Source: an uncultured virus (IMG/VR IMGVR_UViG_3300032053_000035)
Taxonomy: Duplodnaviria > Heunggongvirae > Uroviricota > Caudoviricetes
IMG/VR virus record: IMGVR_UViG_3300032053_000035
DNA: 20,000 nt
Strand: one strand, 5' to 3'
Part shown: in pieces, positions 17,820 to 20,000 of the stretch
Layout: the number at the start of each line of letters is the position of its first letter
How positions within the stretch are numbered: the stretch's first letter is position 1
The notes under the pieces: generated by a model
What the model saw: only the letters and a program-made list of their open reading frames with translations
Told to the model about the DNA's origin: nothing
Database searches by the model: none
Translations under genes and position numbers: made by a program

Positions 17820-18031
17820 TTATTTGTCGATTGGGTCCAAACCTAGCCTAAAGTCTCTAATCAGGATAGGGAAGGTGATGCTCCATCTTGGTTTCCAGGC
17901 GTAGGCTGAGGTGCCGGTTGCGGAGTTGGTGTAGGGGTTGGCTGCTGCACAATTACTGTTGGTGATGGCGCTGGTGCTGGCTGGCTGCCACACCCAAGCA
18001 TGACCGCTGTTAGTAAACAGTAAATTCTCAT
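17820..18031 (-). pseudogene. Lipoprotein, apparently internally deleted or frameshifted
   Basis: ATG 18031 (RBS AGAGGAG) gives MRIYCLLTAVMLG-C plus a PT/PQ linker, which stops at 17861 with no domain. An alternative frame reads ...WSITFPILIRDFRLGLDPIDK* and ends at 17820, right at the RBS of the next gene. Confidence 0.55.
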
Positions 18032-18086
18032 GTTATCTCCTCTATGTGTGTATGCGGTTAAAATAAGCAAGCATGGGAGAGATGGC

Positions 18087-18593
18087 ATGGCTATTTCGTT
18101 TGTGTACAAATTTCAGACGGTGTCCATTGATTCGGTACCAAATGACGTTACCGTCGCCATCGTTGGTTACTTAGCCGATTCAGCTAACAATCCGTTTATT
18201 GACCCCAACACGGGCGGAGTAGACACTTTTGTTTCCAGCTTCCAAAAGTCGAAGCTCCCGGCTTCTGGGTACCAGAGCTTTTTGGCCATGGTAATAGGTA
18301 GGGCCATAAGGGACAAGTACAACTATACTAAGGGGGCCACTACGGTGGCTGGGTCAAGCAATTTGACTGGTTTGGACGATTCATCTGTGTTGGTGCCCGG
18401 TTTATATATCACTGGATTAGGTATACCAGCTGACACTATTATGTCGTCAATTAAGACCCCCAACGAAGTCAAGATGTCCGAAACGGCAACCGCCACTGGG
18501 CAGACAACAGCTGTTTTCTCCGCCGCAGGTTGGAGTATAGATTATAGTGAGCTGGACCGAATAGTACAAGTAATTAATTTTGGCGCAATCTAG
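18087..18593 (+). CDS. Hypothetical, probably virion protein with a small beta-barrel domain
   Basis: Likely start ATG 18087 (RBS GGAGAG). The GLYITGLGIPADTI...MSETATATG pattern recurs in phage structural proteins. Confidence 0.7.
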   Translation: MAISFVYKFQTVSIDSVPNDVTVAIVGYLADSANNPFIDPNTGGVDTFVSSFQKSKLPASGYQSFLAMVIGRAIRDKYNYTKGATTVAGSSNLTGLDDSSVLVPGLYITGLGIPADTIMSSIKTPNEVKMSETATATGQTTAVFSAAGWSIDYSELDRIVQVINFGAI

Positions 18594-18746
18594 TAAAAGT
18601 TGCTATTTCGTGTAGATAGATGCGCAAGTATCACCGACGTTTCCGTAGGCTTGTAAAGCATATCATTCTCACTCAAAAGACAATTGGCGGTGTACCAGAT
18701 GCTTAAATTAAGTTTTCCGGCGTCATTTGTAACATAGAGGGGTGCT

Positions 18747-18953
18747 GTGGTTACTTACCTCATAAAATTTGGGCATGATAGTCACACTGAGTACACTGTT
18801 AGTGTTGATGACGCTTTCAGGTGGACTAACCTAACTCCTTGTTACATTGCTGAGAAGGATGTACTCAGAGCCAAGCTAGTGCTAATAAGCAACTTCTATC
18901 AAAGCCGTTTTGGGCATGCGTTTGATTTTGATCTTCTTCTTACAAGGGACTAG
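18747..18953 (+). CDS. Small hypothetical protein
   Basis: GTG start with GAGGGG RBS. Stop lies 1 nt before the next ATG. Confidence 0.65.
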   Translation: MVTYLIKFGHDSHTEYTVSVDDAFRWTNLTPCYIAEKDVLRAKLVLISNFYQSRFGHAFDFDLLLTRD

Positions 18954-18954
18954 T

Positions 18955-19410
18955 ATGACAGCCAAATTGGTAACGAATCTGAACAAGGCTATTGCGTCGC
19001 TTCAGCAGGCTCTTAATGACCAGCTAACCCAAAGATTGGTCACGGCTGATGCTGAGTCTGGTCAGAGAATATCTGATATTATTGAGTCCACACCAGCTGA
19101 CATCAGCGCTAGGTACTGGCTGATGACTCTCATGGAGCCGCTTAGTAGAAAAGATGTCAAATCAGTTGTGGATGGTTTTCTGGTGCAAATGCTAAATGAG
19201 GAGCAAGCCAAAAAGTTAGTAAAATTCCTGCTGATTCGTTTTCCTGACTACTATAAAGACATTATACCGAGTGGCCAGCTAGCGCAAGAGCCAGCTACAG
19301 CCCCAGCCCCGGCACCGGCTGAACCAGCTACAGCCCCGGCTGAACCAGCTACAGCCCCGGCTGAACCAGCTACAGCCCCGGCTGAACCTTCGAGTTCAAG
19401 AAAACTTTAA
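18955..19410 (+). CDS. Hypothetical protein with C-terminal PAEPATA repeats
   Basis: Likely start ATG 18955 (RBS AAGGGA). Helical N-terminus and low-complexity tail. Confidence 0.75.
   Translation: MTAKLVTNLNKAIASLQQALNDQLTQRLVTADAESGQRISDIIESTPADISARYWLMTLMEPLSRKDVKSVVDGFLVQMLNEEQAKKLVKFLLIRFPDYYKDIIPSGQLAQEPATAPAPAPAEPATAPAEPATAPAEPATAPAEPSSSRKL
19315..19388 (+). repeat. 21-bp perfect tandem repeat (3.5 copies)
   Basis: Unit CCGGCTGAACCAGCTACAGCC. Confidence 0.95.
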
Positions 19411-19423
19411 TGGAGGGATCATT

Positions 19424-19651
19424 ATGGCCAATTATGTTACATGCGACGACTGTCATAAGAAGGCCGAAGGTAAAAGCTGTCCATCTGGTTGGTTTGATAT
19501 CGACTTGTTGCTGACTCAAAATTTCAGGTCCAATACTTTTATATTTTTTTTATGCCCTGACTGCTACGAAAAGATAGTCAATCCATCCCCAATCGGCGTT
19601 TTGAAACGGATGCTATCATTTATAGCGACAAACCCTAGTTCAAGAAAGTGA
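19424..19651 (+). CDS. Small zinc-ribbon protein
   Basis: RBS GGAGG. Two CxxC pairs (CDDC, CPDC) with PSGW between them. Confidence 0.7.
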   Translation: MANYVTCDDCHKKAEGKSCPSGWFDIDLLLTQNFRSNTFIFFLCPDCYEKIVNPSPIGVLKRMLSFIATNPSSRK

Positions 19652-19673
19652 AGTATGTCACTTGGAGTCTTAC

Positions 19674-20000
19674 ATGAGTAAAGTCTTTGTTGGTGTTTGG
19701 CTTCTTTTTTCTTTCCAACTCAATGCCCAGTCCTTTGCAGTAATAGGCGATGCTGGAAGAATTACGAACGGATCTAAGATCGTTCGGGATTCTATTCGGC
19801 GCTCTGGAGTACGAAATCTCGTTCTTCCTGGCGATAATTTGTATAGCGGAACATATGAGGGTGTCTGGAAAAGCTGGTCTGATTTTGATTTTAGTGTTGT
19901 CGCAATTGGCAATCATAACAACGGTTATCAGAATGAAATCAATTTCTTCGATATGCCAGGAGAATACTATAGCAAAGAGTATCAAGGCGGACTGCGCTTC
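19674..20000 (+). CDS. Secreted calcineurin-like metallophosphoesterase (purple acid phosphatase type); runs off the window
   Basis: Not in the ORF track. ATG 19674 with GGAG RBS gives MSKVFVGVWLLFSFQLNA-QSFAVIGDAG...LPGDNLY...AIGNHN, i.e. a signal peptide plus DxG, GDxxY and GNH motifs. Confidence 0.85.
   Translation, partial: MSKVFVGVWLLFSFQLNAQSFAVIGDAGRITNGSKIVRDSIRRSGVRNLVLPGDNLYSGTYEGVWKSWSDFDFSVVAIGNHNNGYQNEINFFDMPGEYYSKEYQGGLRF

Noticed and set aside
18620..18706. 28-aa basic peptide MRKYHRRFRRLVKHIILTQKTIGGVPDA
   Set aside because: No clear RBS and too short to support without homologues.
19635..19985. Minus-strand ORFs 19635-19985 and 19670-19912
   Set aside because: Antisense to the well-supported metallophosphoesterase gene.
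1..20000. Stop-codon reassignment
   Set aside because: Genes end sensibly at TAA, TAG and TGA, and read-through does not repair the broken genes, which need frame changes.
19674..20000. Phosphoesterase as the DatZ/MazZ partner of PurZ
   Set aside because: Wrong fold (calcineurin-like, not HD or MazG) and it carries a signal peptide.

Overview
A 20 kb segment of a large tailed-phage genome (standard genetic code, dense gene packing, Shine-Dalgarno sites). Left: the 5' end of a probable clamp-loader-like ATPase gene (minus strand), divergent from a class I ribonucleotide reductase pair (nrdB-nrdA, no ATP cone), then three hypothetical genes. Centre: a ~1,500-aa collagen-like fibre with a C-terminal Asp-box propeller (minus strand), then a PurZ-type adenylosuccinate synthetase homologue, suggesting a 2-aminoadenine (Z) genome, whose stop abuts a convergent ADP-ribosyltransferase-fold gene. 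Right: a fibre/adhesin module (repeat-containing fibre, Gly-rich protein, DUF2793-containing protein, GT9-like glycosyltransferase, and a frame-broken tail-collar fibre paralogue), a minus-strand lipoprotein pair including a CxxCH c-type cytochrome, several small genes, and a truncated secreted purple-acid-phosphatase-like gene. The genes at the two window edges are missing from the ORF track. All family calls come from motif recognition by eye; no searches were run.
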